The notes below the pieces were generated by a model. That model made no database searches and was not told the DNA's origin. It worked only from the letters and a program-made list of their open reading frames with translations. Below, piece after piece: positions 62,036 through 64,000 of a stretch of 64,000 nt of DNA. Location: contig OZ244042.1 in assembly GCA_965215015.1 (NCBI GenBank), positions 2,688,001 to 2,752,000 of the forward strand, read 5' to 3'. Each line of letters begins with the position of its first letter. Within the stretch, counting starts at the first letter, position 1. The stretch comes from Candidatus Poribacteria bacterium (lineage in GTDB: Bacteria > Poribacteria > WGA-4E > PCPOR2b). A program made the position numbers and the translations under genes.

Positions 62036-63265
62036 CTACCTCCCTGACTTAGGGTCAAATGCTTCTGGCGTGTGATTGCGTTCGAGGAGTGTAAGGTGGG
62101 ATTCGCTCAGTTCAATCCACGGTGCCGGCGGCGGCTCGGTGGTAATAGGCAATTCTCGCCCGTTGACGATAGTCAAGGTGTTACGCACCAACTGTTTACC
62201 TTCCTGCGGATTCATCCGGACATCATAAAAGGTAAAATCTCCAGATTCAATGCGAAACAGTGCCACGTCCGCTAAGGACCCCGGTTTGAGCGTCCCGATT
62301 TCATCTTGCAGCCCCATCACTTGGGCAGGTCGCTCGGTTGAAGCTTGGATAACTTCCTCAAAACTCATCCCCAGCGACATAAATTTGCTCAAGCAGGTTG
62401 GCATGTCAAACATCGGACCGTGAATGCTGACTTGGTGAATATCGGATGAAATGACGTCCGGCTTATAGCCCTCGCTCATCAGCGCGCGTGCGGTTTCAAA
62501 GGAAAAAGAACCCGCTCCATGACCGATGTCCATGACCACACCACTGTCCCAAGCCCGTTTTGCCGCATCTCGCAGCTTGCCCGAATCGTCGATGATTCGC
62601 ATGTTTCCGCCGGTAAAACAGTGGGTCAATATGTCGTTGGGCTTCATATAGTTCAGGACCTCAGTAACCTGTGGCGGGCCATTGCCAACATGCACCATCA
62701 GGGGAAGTTCGCAGCGATCCGCTGCTTCCCGCGCGTAAGTCAGTGGAATGATACCTGTGCCGCGAGTCTGATTTTGATCTATACGGGCTTTTACTCCCAA
62801 TGCTATGTCCCGGTTCAGATTTATTATTTTGCAGCAGAGATCGATATCACAGTAGTCCAAATTGGAGAGCTCCCCTGAACCCGCTGTCAAGCCGATGGAC
62901 GAAATATTGACCAACGCATAAATGCGGGCTTGAGCGGGAGTGACGATGAATTCTCGAAAGCCGGGGAAATTGTACCCGCCTGAAGAGCCTACATCGAGCC
63001 AAGTGGTCACACCGCTACGCGCCGCCACTGTATCCGCATGGATGCCGTAATAGCTGACACCGTGGTAGACATGGGTATGGAGGTCTACCAATCCCGGTGT
63101 CACAAGCTGACCGCTGGCATCAATAACGCGAACAGCAGATTCTGTTGGAATGTCGGCGTCAACCGCTGCAATGTGATTGCGTTTAATAGCAACATCAAGC
63201 TTGCCATTGTAACCACCCCCTCGGTCTACAACATCACCACCTTTGATTAACAGATCAAATTGCAT
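62036..63265 (-). CDS. Amidohydrolase/deacetylase (dihydroorotase-like) metallohydrolase
   Basis: PGLVDLHTH, PLMVH, THCF, DIGHGAGSF and ISSD motifs. Confidence 0.9.
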   Translation of the reverse strand: MQFDLLIKGGDVVDRGGGYNGKLDVAIKRNHIAAVDADIPTESAVRVIDASGQLVTPGLVDLHTHVYHGVSYYGIHADTVAARSGVTTWLDVGSSGGYNFPGFREFIVTPAQARIYALVNISSIGLTAGSGELSNLDYCDIDLCCKIINLNRDIALGVKARIDQNQTRGTGIIPLTYAREAADRCELPLMVHVGNGPPQVTEVLNYMKPNDILTHCFTGGNMRIIDDSGKLRDAAKRAWDSGVVMDIGHGAGSFSFETARALMSEGYKPDVISSDIHQVSIHGPMFDMPTCLSKFMSLGMSFEEVIQASTERPAQVMGLQDEIGTLKPGSLADVALFRIESGDFTFYDVRMNPQEGKQLVRNTLTIVNGRELPITTEPPPAPWIELSESHLTLLERNHTPEAFDPKSGR

Positions 63266-63293
63266 GAATCACCTCGTATACTGTTGATACGCT

Positions 63294-63998
63294 CTAGCGA
63301 TATATCGACATCGCCTTCGATGCCGCTTCCCGCAATAGACTATATTCAGGCCTTCTGAAGCACCCAAAGAGTTGAATGCCACGCTTTCGCTGACATTGAT
63401 ACTCCGCATGGTCCCTCGGATAAATTGCTGGCTCTACGGGTAAGTTCCGGGACAGCGCAATCTCAATGACATGCTCCATCGCAGCAACCACTTGGGGGTG
63501 TTCCCATTCTCCGTGGAATCCCATCTTCGCCGCTAGGTCGCCGGGACCGAATACGACACCATCTACCCATTTGTTGGATAGCATCGCCTCCGCATTTTTG
63601 ACGCCTCGCCAAGATTCGATCTTCAGTATCAGCAGCGTCGCCTCGTTGGCTTCCTTGCAGTATCGAGTGGCATCCGCCTCCGCATAATCTACATTGGCCC
63701 CCATTGCCAGCCCTCGTTCACCTACCGGGGCATACTTCATCCAACGCACCAATTCCTCCACCTGATCCAGGGTCTCGGCATGGGAGAGGCAAATTCCCAG
63801 CGCACCCGCATCAAGCACGCGGGACACGAAGGATCGAGAAGGCTCCAAGAGCGTTACGGTAGGCGAAAGCCCATTGTCCCTTGCTATGACTAAAAAGTTT
63901 GTTAGGGTTTCGTCATTGTGCAGGACATGTTCATTCTCAACGAACAGCATGTTATATCCAGTTTGTGCTGCGATCTTGACAACGGAGGGGCGCAGGGA
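63294..63998 (-). CDS. HpcH/HpaI aldolase family protein (5' end outside the window)
   Basis: VENEH, VLDAGALG, YAPVGERG, KIES and FGPGDL motifs; frame is open to the window edge. Confidence 0.88.
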   Translation of the reverse strand, partial: SLRPSVVKIAAQTGYNMLFVENEHVLHNDETLTNFLVIARDNGLSPTVTLLEPSRSFVSRVLDAGALGICLSHAETLDQVEELVRWMKYAPVGERGLAMGANVDYAEADATRYCKEANEATLLILKIESWRGVKNAEAMLSNKWVDGVVFGPGDLAAKMGFHGEWEHPQVVAAMEHVIEIALSRNLPVEPAIYPRDHAEYQCQRKRGIQLFGCFRRPEYSLLREAASKAMSIYR

Positions 63999-64000
63999 CT

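Overview
Bacterial genomic window of moderate GC. The gene mix (phytanoyl-CoA dioxygenases, Gfo/Idh/MocA oxidoreductases, Uma2, TPR, TonB receptor) and the very repeat-rich intergenic DNA resemble Candidatus Poribacteria; this is an inference only. Main contents: (1) a minus-strand envelope redox cluster at 755-7062 encoding a YCF48-like lipoprotein, a TlpA thioredoxin lipoprotein, a peroxiredoxin-like lipoprotein, a Tat-exported DUF362 protein, a small Cys-tailed lipoprotein and a beta-barrel. The peroxiredoxin-like gene is a probable selenoprotein that the ORF track splits at an in-frame UGA (UPFC motif plus SECIS-like hairpin). (2) Four defective IS200/IS605 (TnpB-type) elements that keep their right end/omegaRNA region; one cleanly interrupts a Uma2 gene. 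(3) A decayed integrase/HNH/AAA-ATPase islet. (4) Many catabolic enzymes. (5) A TonB-dependent receptor with a Leu-Pro-Pro repeat insert. (6) A long MoxR/VWA/DUF58/ABC operon interrupted by an SRPBCC/serine hydrolase/FRG/TPR block. (7) Nested MITE/REP mosaics in many intergenic gaps. A roughly 70-80 aa module appears to be inserted in two unrelated envelope proteins. No rRNA, tRNA or true CRISPR array was seen. All family calls are by eye from motifs; no database search was run.
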